64,000 nucleotides of DNA from Anaerolineales bacterium (GTDB lineage Bacteria; Chloroflexota; Anaerolineae; Anaerolineales; UBA11579), in contig DATDRZ010000129.1 in assembly GCA_035291465.1 (NCBI GenBank), positions 34,656 to 98,655 on the forward strand, written 5' to 3'. Positions 44,970-53,625 of the stretch are shown one piece after another. The position numbers were made by a program, and so were the translations under genes. The notes under the pieces are model-generated. The model saw only the letters and a program-made list of their open reading frames with translations. It was not told the origin of the DNA and ran no database searches. Numbering within the stretch: the stretch's first letter is position 1; each line of letters starts with the position of its first letter.

Positions 44970-45458
44970 ATGGCAAAAGAATTGGAAGTAATAATTGGCG
45001 AGAAACTGCGTGCCCGCGGCTTGCGGTTGGCGGTGGCTGAATCCTGCACCGGTGGGTTAGTAGGCCACCGTATCACCAACGTGCCAGGTTCATCTACCTA
45101 TTACGTGGGGAGTGTCACTGTATATGCCTATGAAGCCAAAGTGCGGCTGCTGGGTGTCACGTGGGAAACTCTTGAGAACCACGGCGCGGTGAGTCCTGAA
45201 ACTGTGACGGAGATGGCCCGCGGCGTGCGCCGTGGTCTGGCTTCTGATGTTGGCATCGCCGTGAGCGGCATCGCCGGCCCGGGCGGGGGTACACCAGAAA
45301 AGCCCGTAGGGCTGGTCTGGATGGCGGTTTCCGCACCGGATGGGGCCTGGACGCGTCATTTCAACTTTAAAGGAGAGCGGCTGGCGGTGAAAGAGCAAGC
45401 GGCAGAGGAAGCGCTGCAATTAGGGATTGATTATTTAGATGGAAGGCTTACTCACTGA
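44970..45458 (+). CDS. pncC: CinA C-terminal domain protein / nicotinamide-nucleotide amidohydrolase PncC
   Basis: AESCTGGL...GSVTVYAYEAK...ISGIAGPGGG motifs. TATAAT at 44950..44955 lies 14 nt upstream. Confidence 0.9.
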   Translation: MAKELEVIIGEKLRARGLRLAVAESCTGGLVGHRITNVPGSSTYYVGSVTVYAYEAKVRLLGVTWETLENHGAVSPETVTEMARGVRRGLASDVGIAVSGIAGPGGGTPEKPVGLVWMAVSAPDGAWTRHFNFKGERLAVKEQAAEEALQLGIDYLDGRLTH

Positions 45459-45921
45459 TTTTTCCGCTCTTCGCATGCGTTAATTCGATAAGGCTCTGTG
45501 GGGTCATTGATAAGTTCAGTCCTCGCTGTCCTCCGGATAAATAGATCTTCTCAAAATTCAAGGCTGTTTCATCCAACACAACGTCAAACCCTTTGCCGAT
45601 CAACGCCAGTGGCGAGATACCGCCTACCTGCAGCCCGGTGAGCTTTTCCGCTTGGCCTTGCGAAGCCACCAGCAGCCTTTTGCCGCCCAATACGCGCCCT
45701 AATGCCTTTAAATCCAGTTGTGCCGGCGCAGGCACCAGGGCTAACACGGGCTTGCCACCATCCGGCCGCAGAGCCACGACAGTCTTGAACATTTGATGAG
45801 GATCGACGTTGAGGAGGGCGGCTGCTTCCAAGCCACCGAGCTTCTCATCGGGCAACCCATGAGCTTCGAAGGCAATGCCCTTGGTAGCCAGCATTCGGGT
45901 GATGTTGTTAGTGATTGGCAT
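45448..45921 (-). CDS. ybaK: Cys-tRNA(Pro)/Cys-tRNA(Cys) deacylase YbaK/EbsC family
   Basis: MPITNNITRMLATKGIAFEAH N-terminus and GGISPL motif. The start was chosen at ATG 45921. Confidence 0.8.
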   Translation of the reverse strand: MPITNNITRMLATKGIAFEAHGLPDEKLGGLEAAALLNVDPHQMFKTVVALRPDGGKPVLALVPAPAQLDLKALGRVLGGKRLLVASQGQAEKLTGLQVGGISPLALIGKGFDVVLDETALNFEKIYLSGGQRGLNLSMTPQSLIELTHAKSGKISE

Positions 45922-45984
45922 CGCAAACCCTATCGGGTACTCAGAATATCGCCGCACAAGAAGCGACGATCGGGCGCAGCATTC

Positions 45985-46014
45985 CTTCGCTCCGCTCAGG
46001 GACGGCTGCGCTCA
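45985..46014. repeat. Partial copy (D) of the dispersed repeat core (TTCGCTCCGCTCAGGGACGGCTGCGCTCAT)
   Basis: About 22 of 28 identities with the core of copy B (TTCGCTTCGCTCAGGGCAGGCTCTTCGC). Confidence 0.5.
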
Positions 46015-46075
46015 TACCCATCTCGTTGAGACCTTCATGTGTACTTGTCTACTTGTGTATTTACTACTTGCCTGC

Positions 46076-48124
46076 TTAATCTATCTCTTCATCCATGCCT
46101 GCAATGACGCGCATCTTCTCCCACGGCTTCAGATTTCCTTCTTCTGCCAGCAGCGTGCGTACCTCGTACAGCTGGTCGCGCAGCACTGCGGCTTGCTCGA
46201 ACTCCAGGTTTTTGGCCGCTGCGCGCATACGTTGTTCCAGCTCGCCGATCAACCGTTGCAGTTCTTTGCGCGGCAGGCGCATACCATCGGTCCGATATTC
46301 GGGGCGCTCTTCCGCCACCGCGCGCGCCTTGAGCTGATCGGTGAGGTCGCGCACTGCCTTCACTATACCTACGGGTTCGATGCCGTGAGCCTTGTTGTGG
46401 GCAAGCTGCTTATCGCGGCGCCGGTTGGTTTCGCGGATGGCGTAGTTCATCGAATCCGTCAACTTGTTGGCATACATGATGACACGGCCGTCCACGTGGC
46501 GCGCCGCCCGCCCAATGGTCTGGATCAGCGCGGTTTCCGATCTAAGGAAGCCCTGTTTGTCCGCGTCCAGGATGGCAACCAGTGAAACCTCGGGTAGGTC
46601 TAGTCCCTCGCGCAACAGGTTAATGCCTACCACGACGTCGAAGACGCCCAAGCGTAGATCGCGCAAAATACTGACGCGGTCCAGGGTCTCGACTTCGGAG
46701 TGCAGGTAATGCACTTTGACGCCCATTTCCATCAGATATTCGGAAAGATCCTCCGCCATGCGCTTGGTGAGCGTGGTCACAAGGACGCGTTCGCCGATCC
46801 CAACGCGCTTGTTGATCTCGCCGATCAAATCATCCACTTGGCCTTCAATGGGTCGCATTTCGACTTCCGGGTCGACCAAGCCGGTAGGCCGGATGATCTG
46901 TTCAACCACCTGTTCTGCTTTCTTCATTTCGTATTCAGCTGGGGTTGCAGACATATAAATCACCAGGCCAAGCCGGCGTTCAAATTCGTCGAAAGTCAGC
47001 GGGCGGTTGTCCACAGCAGACGGCAAACGGAACCCGTATTCAACGAGGATATCCTTGCGAGATCTATCGCCGAAGTACATGCCGCGTACCTGTGGAATGG
47101 TCATGTGAGACTCGTCGATGATCATGAGGAAATCCGCGGGGAAGTAATCGATAAGTGTCCAGGGCGGCGTGCCTGGGGCGCGTTGGTCCATGTGGCGCGA
47201 GTAGTTCTCGATGCCGGTGCAGTAACCTACCTGGCGCAGCATTTCCAAGTCGTAGCGTGTGCGCTGTTCCAGGCGCTGCGCCTCCAACAATTTGTCGTGG
47301 CCCTTGAGGAACTTGAGCCGCTCGATAAGTTCCTCTTCGATACCCTGGATGGCGGCCGCCATCTTCTCTTCGTCGGTGATGAAGTGCCGGGCAGGGTAAA
47401 TGGCGATGGTGCCTAACTCACGCACGATCTCCCCGGTTACGGTGTGGATCTCAACAATGCGCTCAACCTCATCGTCGAAAAACGTGATCCGATAGGCAAG
47501 TTTGTCCTGGTAGGCCGGAACCACTTCCAGCGTGTCGCCGCGTACTCGGAAAGCTCCGGGCATCAGGTCGCTTTCTTTACGCTCGTAATGGCTATCGACC
47601 AACTGCCGGAGCAGCGTTTCACGGCGGTATGGTTTGCCGGTGTCGAGATTGATGACAACCCGCCCGTAAGACTCCGGGTTTCCCAGACCATAAATGCACG
47701 AAACCGACGCCACGATGATCGTGTCTCGCCGGGCTAACAACGAAGTGGTGGCAGCAAGGCGCAGCCGCTCTATTTCCTCATTGATATCGGTTTCTTTTTC
47801 GATGTAGAGATCGTTGCGGGGAACGTAAGCTTCGGGCTGGTAGTAGTCATAATAAGACGTGAAGAATTCAACTGCGTTATCGGGGAAGAATTCTTTGAAC
47901 TCAGCATAGAGTTGGGCCACCAGAGTCTTGTTGTGGGCCAGCACCAAAGTGGGTTTTTGGATGGCTTCGATGACGTTGGCCATCGTATAAGTTTTGCCGG
48001 TTCCTGTAGCCCCCAAAAGGACTTGCTGCTTATAACCCTTTTTTATTCCCTGAATTAGTTGGGCAATTGCTTCTGGTTGATCTCCCGTTGGCTTGAAAGG
48101 AGCTTGAAGGTTGAACTGTGCCAT
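46076..48124 (-). CDS. uvrB: Excinuclease ABC subunit B
   Basis: GATGTGKT Walker A, DESH box and C-terminal UVR domain. ATG 48124 was chosen because the upstream ATG at 48145 overlaps the -10 box. Confidence 0.95.
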   Translation of the reverse strand: MAQFNLQAPFKPTGDQPEAIAQLIQGIKKGYKQQVLLGATGTGKTYTMANVIEAIQKPTLVLAHNKTLVAQLYAEFKEFFPDNAVEFFTSYYDYYQPEAYVPRNDLYIEKETDINEEIERLRLAATTSLLARRDTIIVASVSCIYGLGNPESYGRVVINLDTGKPYRRETLLRQLVDSHYERKESDLMPGAFRVRGDTLEVVPAYQDKLAYRITFFDDEVERIVEIHTVTGEIVRELGTIAIYPARHFITDEEKMAAAIQGIEEELIERLKFLKGHDKLLEAQRLEQRTRYDLEMLRQVGYCTGIENYSRHMDQRAPGTPPWTLIDYFPADFLMIIDESHMTIPQVRGMYFGDRSRKDILVEYGFRLPSAVDNRPLTFDEFERRLGLVIYMSATPAEYEMKKAEQVVEQIIRPTGLVDPEVEMRPIEGQVDDLIGEINKRVGIGERVLVTTLTKRMAEDLSEYLMEMGVKVHYLHSEVETLDRVSILRDLRLGVFDVVVGINLLREGLDLPEVSLVAILDADKQGFLRSETALIQTIGRAARHVDGRVIMYANKLTDSMNYAIRETNRRRDKQLAHNKAHGIEPVGIVKAVRDLTDQLKARAVAEERPEYRTDGMRLPRKELQRLIGELEQRMRAAAKNLEFEQAAVLRDQLYEVRTLLAEEGNLKPWEKMRVIAGMDEEID

Positions 48125-48133
48125 AGACGGATT

Positions 48134-48151
48134 ATTATAGAACATAAGTTT
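48134..48151 (-). promoter_or_regulatory. uvrB -10 box abutted by an SOS-box-like GAAC-N4-GTTT
   Basis: Minus strand reads AAAC-TTAT-GTTC-TATAAT-AATCCGTCT-ATG. 7 of 8 half-site positions match GAAC-N4-GTTC. Confidence 0.4.
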
Positions 48152-48188
48152 TGTGGCGTGAAGCGGGAACTGAATTTTCGGTGCCTGA

Positions 48189-48218
48189 TTGACGAATACT
48201 TTTGGGCAACGGTATAAT
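48189..48218 (+). promoter_or_regulatory. Candidate secG promoter (TTGACG-18-TATAAT)
   Basis: Divergent from the uvrB promoter. Confidence 0.5.
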
Positions 48219-48249
48219 CCGCCCGCTCCTAGAAAGGGTAACCAAGTCC

Positions 48250-48474
48250 ATGGAAAATCTCTTAGATATCGCCATGATCATTCTTTCAACCGCTCTTGTT
48301 TTCAGTATTATTTTGCAGAGCAAAGGCGCCGGCCTGGGCGGGCTAACGGGCGGTGATACCGGGGGCGTTTTTTCTGCTCGCCGTGGGGTGGAAAGAACCC
48401 TTTTTCGCATCACCATCGTTTTAAGTGTGCTCTTCTTCCTTCTTGCTGTTTATACGGTTTACGTATCTGGATAA
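48250..48474 (+). CDS. secG: Preprotein translocase subunit SecG
   Basis: 74 aa, two TM helices and a central Gly-rich [13 protein letters not shown] loop. Confidence 0.8.
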   Translation: MENLLDIAMIILSTALVFSIILQSKGAGLGGLTGGDTGGVFSARRGVERTLFRITIVLSVLFFLLAVYTVYVSG

Positions 48475-48480
48475 TTACGA

Positions 48481-48540
48481 ACGGTTTAAAGGTTTAAGGT
48501 TGTAGGTTCAGCGTTGAACCTTAAACATTCAACTTTCAAC
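48481..48540. repeat. 7-nt-phased repeat/hairpin region (NNNGGTT units; GTTTAAGGTT / AACCTTAAAC stem)
   Basis: acggttt aaaggtt taaggtt gtaggtt cagcgtt gaacctt aaacatt caacttt. Confidence 0.6.
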
Positions 48541-48553
48541 CGCCTCTAATTGA

Positions 48554-50284
48554 ATGAATAAACTGCGCTGGCAGCTCCTCCTCGTCGGACTGGCATTAGT
48601 TGCGATTGCCATTCTCCTGCTTGCCCAACAACCTGTACTCCAGACATTCACCGCCCAGCCTGAACGCGGCGGCATCTACATCGAGGGGTTGGTCGGGACT
48701 ATTGGTCGCCTGAATCCCTTATTAGATGATGCCAATCCAGCCGACCAGGACATCACCCGATTGCTGTTCAATGGTCTGGTGCGCTTCGATGGACGCGGCA
48801 ACCCACTACCAGATCTAGCTGAGACCTGGGGCGTTTCCCTGGACGGGTTGCAATACAACGTCAAGCTCCGTGAAGGGTTAATCTGGCATGATGGCGAACC
48901 TCTGACCACCGCAGATGTAGCCTATACCGTTGAATTGCTAAAAGATCCGAGCCTCCCGATCCGCGAAGACGTTCGTACTCTATGGGAATCGGTTGAGGTG
49001 TTTGTCTTCGACGATTTGCATATGCAGTTCTGGCTCCCGTCGGCTTACGCGCCGTTCATGGATTACCTGAGTTTCGGCGTGCTGCCTCAACACTTATTGG
49101 GGGAGATGGACGCCGCCACCCTGATGAACGCTCCGTATAACCTGGAACCTGTGGGTTCAGGACCCTATCGGTTCGGCGAATTACTGAATGAGAACAACCA
49201 GGTCACAGGCGTTGTACTCAATGCCTGGGACGGTTACTACGCTGGGCGTCCTTATATCGACCAGGTTGTATTCCATTATTACGAGACCGCGGAAGACGCG
49301 TATCAAGCCTATCAGGGAGGCGATTTGTTAGGCATCAACTATATTGATCCCCAGCTTCTTTCTACCGTTCTATCAGACCCAACGTTAAATGTCTACAGTA
49401 CCCGCCTGCCAAGTTTAAGTCTTGTGCTCCTCAACTTAAAAAACCCCGAGAAGCCGTTCTTTCAAGAAACGCAGGTGCGCCAGGCGTTGATGTATGGCAC
49501 TAATCGGCAATGGATCGTAGACCAATTTCTCGGGGGGCAAGGGATTGTTGCAGACAGCCCCATTCTGCCCGGTTCATGGGCTTACAACGAAGCTCAGCCG
49601 AGTATCCCCTATGACGCCGATATTGCCATCAGCCTGCTCAAACAGGCTGGCTACACCATCCCTGCGGAAGGCGGGCAAGTGCGCAGCAAAGAAGGCATCA
49701 GTTTGGAGCTTGAACTGGTTCACCCTGACGACGCCTTGCACACGCAAATTGCAGAAAGCATCCGCGACGACTGGGCCCAGATTGGCGTACAGGCGACTCT
49801 GTTGGCTGTTCCTTATGAGCAACTGATCAGCGATTACTTGGAGCCGCGCGCTTACCAGGCGGCTTTGGTTGATTTGGATTTCGCGCATGAACCAGACCCT
49901 GATCCTTACCCATTCTGGCACCAGGCCGAAGCCACGGGTGGGCAAAATTATTCAATGTGGGATGATCGTCGCGCCAGCGAATATCTGGAGCTAGCCCGCG
50001 CCTTCCCGGGTTTCTCCACTAATCAAAGCCAACGCGCCCGTTTGTATCACAATTTCCAAGCCCACTTCGCCCGCGAAATACCCGCTATTCTGTTGTATAT
50101 CCCGATTTACAACTATGCAATTTCGTCGCAGGTGCGCGGGGTTTCTGTTGGTCCTATCTTCCAGTCCAGTGACCGTTTCGCAACGATCAATGAATGGTTC
50201 CTGGTCGCCCGCAGCCAGGTTGAGGAGCTGGACCCAACTGCACAGCCCGAGATCGGGGATACAACGGCAACGGGCATGCCATAA
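48554..50284 (+). CDS. Orphan family-5 (peptide/nickel type) ABC substrate-binding protein, TM-anchored
   Basis: 576 aa with an N-terminal TM helix. No adjacent permease or ATPase genes. Confidence 0.85.
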   Translation: MNKLRWQLLLVGLALVAIAILLLAQQPVLQTFTAQPERGGIYIEGLVGTIGRLNPLLDDANPADQDITRLLFNGLVRFDGRGNPLPDLAETWGVSLDGLQYNVKLREGLIWHDGEPLTTADVAYTVELLKDPSLPIREDVRTLWESVEVFVFDDLHMQFWLPSAYAPFMDYLSFGVLPQHLLGEMDAATLMNAPYNLEPVGSGPYRFGELLNENNQVTGVVLNAWDGYYAGRPYIDQVVFHYYETAEDAYQAYQGGDLLGINYIDPQLLSTVLSDPTLNVYSTRLPSLSLVLLNLKNPEKPFFQETQVRQALMYGTNRQWIVDQFLGGQGIVADSPILPGSWAYNEAQPSIPYDADIAISLLKQAGYTIPAEGGQVRSKEGISLELELVHPDDALHTQIAESIRDDWAQIGVQATLLAVPYEQLISDYLEPRAYQAALVDLDFAHEPDPDPYPFWHQAEATGGQNYSMWDDRRASEYLELARAFPGFSTNQSQRARLYHNFQAHFAREIPAILLYIPIYNYAISSQVRGVSVGPIFQSSDRFATINEWFLVARSQVEELDPTAQPEIGDTTATGMP

Positions 50285-50286
50285 GC

Positions 50287-50310
50287 AAACGCCCGGATCG
50301 CCGGGCGTTT
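50287..50310. terminator. Bidirectional terminator
   Basis: aaacgcccgg-atcg-ccgggcgttt is a perfect 10-bp stem. It overlaps the stop codon of the convergent slt gene. Confidence 0.75.
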
Positions 50311-52757
50311 CATTGTTCCGTAGAATATAGATTGCTGTAAATCGTGAATAATTCGTAAACGCTGCGAATGTGATTGCGCGTCTCTGCAAATTGGATCACT
50401 TCTAAGAGCAAATCCTGATCCTCGCCTGCCAAACTTGTCCAATACGAAGCCCAACCAGGGCCTGCGTTGTAAGCTGCCAAGGTGGCATACAGGTCGTCGT
50501 TGAACGCATGTTTCTGCACGGCCAGGTAATCTGCACCCAGGCGGATGCTGACGATCGGGCGATACAGATCATCAGGCGTGAAATCGGGTGGCCAGCCGGC
50601 CAGCGTTGCTGCTTCTTGGCCCGTGCTTGGGATGATTTGCAGCAGTCCGCGGGCCCCGGCAGACGAAGTGACGAATCCTTCGAAGAGACTCTCCTGGCGC
50701 ATCATGCTGTAGAAAAACAGCGGGTCGAGGCCTTCGGCTCGGGTTTCCCTCTCGACCAGATCACGGAAATAGGTCCCAAATCGAATTCGGTTGAAATACG
50801 TGGGCGCATTCATGGTGGCAGCATCGCTCATACCGGCCATCGTCAGTACCTCACGGGCCGCAAAGATTCCCGTGCGATAGAGCCCAAGATCGATCAGATA
50901 ATTCGCCAGGCGGTAAGAGTTGGCCGGGTCGGCGATCAAGCTCAGGCGTAAGTCCTCGAATTCAGCGCGTGCCAGCTCGTATTCGCCCAGGCGCCACAAT
51001 TCAGCACCGCGCATGAAGCGCGGATCGCTAAACAACGGCCCCGGGTCGCTAAGGTCGATATCGGCTGGCAAATCAAAGGTGTCACGGATCCAGGCTTCGG
51101 CCTCCAGCCGCTCAGCGTCCACTTCGTAATCGAACCAGTACGAAGCCGGTGGCTGGAACGGTTCAAGGCCGGCCAGGATGTCGCTGGCCCTCTCGCTGTA
51201 ATAGCCAGTCGGGTCCACAGCAGCCGCTTGCTGCCAGGCATTTTGCGCGCCATCCTCGTTGCCCTGGGCTCGTAAGGCCTTAGCCACCCAAAACAATGCT
51301 TGCGATTGCTGCTCTGGACTTAGCGCAGTCTGATAGGCGCGCAGGAAAAGACTCTGCGCGCCGGAGTAATCTTTGAGGCGATAGGTGCTGATACCAGCGA
51401 GAAAAACGGAGTCATAGGCAAACTCGGATGAGGGATATTCGTCAGCCACGCGCGGCCAAATCTCGATCGAACGGGTCAGGCGGCCGCCGCGCTCTGCTAT
51501 CCGGCCTGCCTCGAAGAGGAACTCTGCAGATGCAGGTTGGCTTGGAGTGGCTGCCACGAAACCTAGTAAGGTATTGATGGCGCCTTCGTAATTCTCTTGA
51601 TTGAACCACTGAGTGGCCGCTTTTTCGGAGAATGCGTCCACCCAATGCTCATCGAATCCATGTTTGGAAATGATGTGGTCGAACTCTTGGATTGCGCCGA
51701 AGTAATCTCTGATTTCGCGCAAAGCCAGCCCGCGGTAATAATGCGCCGTATCGGTGTGATTATCTGGGTTGGAAGCCAGGTAGCGATCGAAGGCGGCAAT
51801 AGCTACACCGTAAAGCTCCTGTTGGTTCCCCTCGTCGGTCGTTAGGGTTGCAGTGTTGTAGTCAATCAGCCCACGCTGCAATTCGTCAACTGCTACCCCT
51901 GCATTTACGAGTTCCACTAACGCGGCGTAACTTGAATAGGCCAGGGGATAGTTGACCACCGCGTGCAGATAATAGGTATGGGCTTGTACTGTTTCGCCCA
52001 ACTCCAAGTAACCGCGCCCGATCAGCAGATCCATATCGGCCTTCAGGTAATCATTGGTCGTGCTGTTCAAAATCGCTTGGTAGGTTGCGATTGCCGCTGC
52101 AAAATCGCCTGCTCGGAATTGCGCGTTGCCGATCTTGACTTTTAAAATCGAATTATCACCCCGGCGGTCGGCCTCCAACCCTGCTTCGTACGCTGCGATC
52201 GCCGCGTCATATTCAGAGGCGGCAAGCAATTGGTCGCCGCGCAATTCCTGTACATAGGAATCAAGTCGGCCGGGGCGCAATTCCAGATAGCGCTGATAGG
52301 CTTCAGCCGCAGCTTGCGAGTCATTGAATTCCTCGTACACAGAGGCCAGTGCGTAGTATGTACTGGCCAACGCTTCGGCACCAGGGAAAGTGTCTACCAA
52401 TCCCTCCAATGTTTGACGCGCCCGCGAATAATTCCCCATTGCCGCGTGGGTACGACCGATACCCAACGTGGCCGCGGCGCGTAATTCCTCATCCTGACTT
52501 TCGGAAAGTACTCGTTGATATTCGTCCAAGGCGCCATCCCAATCGCCGTAGAAGAAGGCCAGGTCGCCGGCTGCGACGCGCGCCTCGTTAGTCAATGTGG
52601 GGGCTGATGTCGGGATCGGCGTCGGGCTGGAAGTTGTCGTTGGGTTGGATGGGGAGGTCGAGGTGGGCAGCGAAGGATCGAGCACTCGCTGCAGATTGCA
52701 GGCCTGGCCTGCTAGCACCAAGGCGGCCAGCAGCAAAGGCCAGGCGTTGCGTCTCAT
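50310..52757 (-). CDS. TPR-repeat soluble lytic murein transglycosylase (Slt-like)
   Basis: Signal/lipobox-like N-terminus, long TPR region, and a C-terminal SLT domain (MRQESLFEGFVTSSAGARGLLQIIPSTG...AAYNAGPG). Confidence 0.85.
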   Translation of the reverse strand: MRRNAWPLLLAALVLAGQACNLQRVLDPSLPTSTSPSNPTTTSSPTPIPTSAPTLTNEARVAAGDLAFFYGDWDGALDEYQRVLSESQDEELRAAATLGIGRTHAAMGNYSRARQTLEGLVDTFPGAEALASTYYALASVYEEFNDSQAAAEAYQRYLELRPGRLDSYVQELRGDQLLAASEYDAAIAAYEAGLEADRRGDNSILKVKIGNAQFRAGDFAAAIATYQAILNSTTNDYLKADMDLLIGRGYLELGETVQAHTYYLHAVVNYPLAYSSYAALVELVNAGVAVDELQRGLIDYNTATLTTDEGNQQELYGVAIAAFDRYLASNPDNHTDTAHYYRGLALREIRDYFGAIQEFDHIISKHGFDEHWVDAFSEKAATQWFNQENYEGAINTLLGFVAATPSQPASAEFLFEAGRIAERGGRLTRSIEIWPRVADEYPSSEFAYDSVFLAGISTYRLKDYSGAQSLFLRAYQTALSPEQQSQALFWVAKALRAQGNEDGAQNAWQQAAAVDPTGYYSERASDILAGLEPFQPPASYWFDYEVDAERLEAEAWIRDTFDLPADIDLSDPGPLFSDPRFMRGAELWRLGEYELARAEFEDLRLSLIADPANSYRLANYLIDLGLYRTGIFAAREVLTMAGMSDAATMNAPTYFNRIRFGTYFRDLVERETRAEGLDPLFFYSMMRQESLFEGFVTSSAGARGLLQIIPSTGQEAATLAGWPPDFTPDDLYRPIVSIRLGADYLAVQKHAFNDDLYATLAAYNAGPGWASYWTSLAGEDQDLLLEVIQFAETRNHIRSVYELFTIYSNLYSTEQ

Positions 52758-52763
52758 GGGGCG

Positions 52764-52792
52764 TTTATACCGTGCGCAAAATGGGGTGTCAA
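52764..52792 (-). promoter_or_regulatory. Consensus promoter TTGACA-17-TATAAA ending 6 nt before the slt ATG (leaderless)
   Basis: Minus strand reads TTGACA-ccccattttgcgcacgg-TATAAA-cgcccc-ATG. Confidence 0.65.
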
Positions 52793-52819
52793 TGAGGGCA
52801 ACCCCATCGCATGTTTATC

Positions 52820-52880
52820 AACCTTGCGAAGGATTGAATTTCCACTTCGGCAAGTTCCCGAGAGCAACCTTCGCAAGGTT
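52820..52880. repeat. Dispersed palindromic repeat, copy C (AACCTTGCGAAGG...AACCTTCGCAAGGTT)
   Basis: Same termini as copies A and B. Lies in the slt/radC divergent region. Confidence 0.65.
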
Positions 52881-52907
52881 TTTGCAACTCGTATGGCATG
52901 TTTCTTG

Positions 52908-52913
52908 TAGACT
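52908..52913 (+). promoter_or_regulatory. -10 box TAGACT, 7 nt upstream of the radC ATG (leaderless)
   Basis: TAGACT-ATTGTGC-ATG. Confidence 0.4.
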
Positions 52914-52920
52914 ATTGTGC

Positions 52921-53622
52921 ATGGTGGAAGAAAAAGGCAGCTATCGAATCGCGGATTTAGCACCCGATGAGCGACCGCGAGAGCGCTTGAAAAAAGTTGG
53001 CCCGGGTGCATTGAACACAGCGGAACTGCTGGCCGTGCTCCTGCGTACCGGATTGCGCGGCGAGAGTGCAGTGACGCTTGGGCAACGGTTGCTAAACACC
53101 TTTGGCGGCCTGACCGGGCTGCAGAGAGCCGACTATGCGGAAGTGGAGTCGTTGAAAGGGATGGGGGAAGCCAAAGCCACCGCGGTCAAGGCAGCGATTG
53201 AAATCGGCCAACGTCTGAGCGTGCAAAGCCCTGAATCCAGGCCCGCAATCAGCAGTCCGGCGGACGCCGCCGCCTTAGTTCAATACGAGATGAGCGGATT
53301 AGCCCAGGAACACTTACGCGAGCTTATCTTGGATACGCGCAACCGCGTCGTCGACATCGAGGAACTGTATAAGGGTTCGATCAATTTCACCTCCGCGCGG
53401 ATCGCAGAGATTTTCAAACCGGCTATCGTGCGAGAATCGGCTGCCATCATCCTGGTGCACAATCATCCCAGTGGTGATCCGACCCCGAGCCCCGACGACC
53501 TAGCCCTGACTAAGGCCGTGCGCGAGGCGGGGCAACTTCTCGACATTGAATTGCTTGATCATCTGATTATCGGGCAGGGTCGCTACATCTCGATGAAAGA
53601 ACGCAAATTGGGATTCGGGTAA
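52921..53622 (+). CDS. radC: RadC-family JAB/MPN domain protein
   Basis: ERPRERL, TAELLAVLLRTG HhH-like N-terminus and HNHPSGDPTPSPDD JAMM motif. The listed start at 52597 is an overextension. Confidence 0.9.
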   Translation: MVEEKGSYRIADLAPDERPRERLKKVGPGALNTAELLAVLLRTGLRGESAVTLGQRLLNTFGGLTGLQRADYAEVESLKGMGEAKATAVKAAIEIGQRLSVQSPESRPAISSPADAAALVQYEMSGLAQEHLRELILDTRNRVVDIEELYKGSINFTSARIAEIFKPAIVRESAAIILVHNHPSGDPTPSPDDLALTKAVREAGQLLDIELLDHLIIGQGRYISMKERKLGFG

Positions 53623-53625
53623 CCC

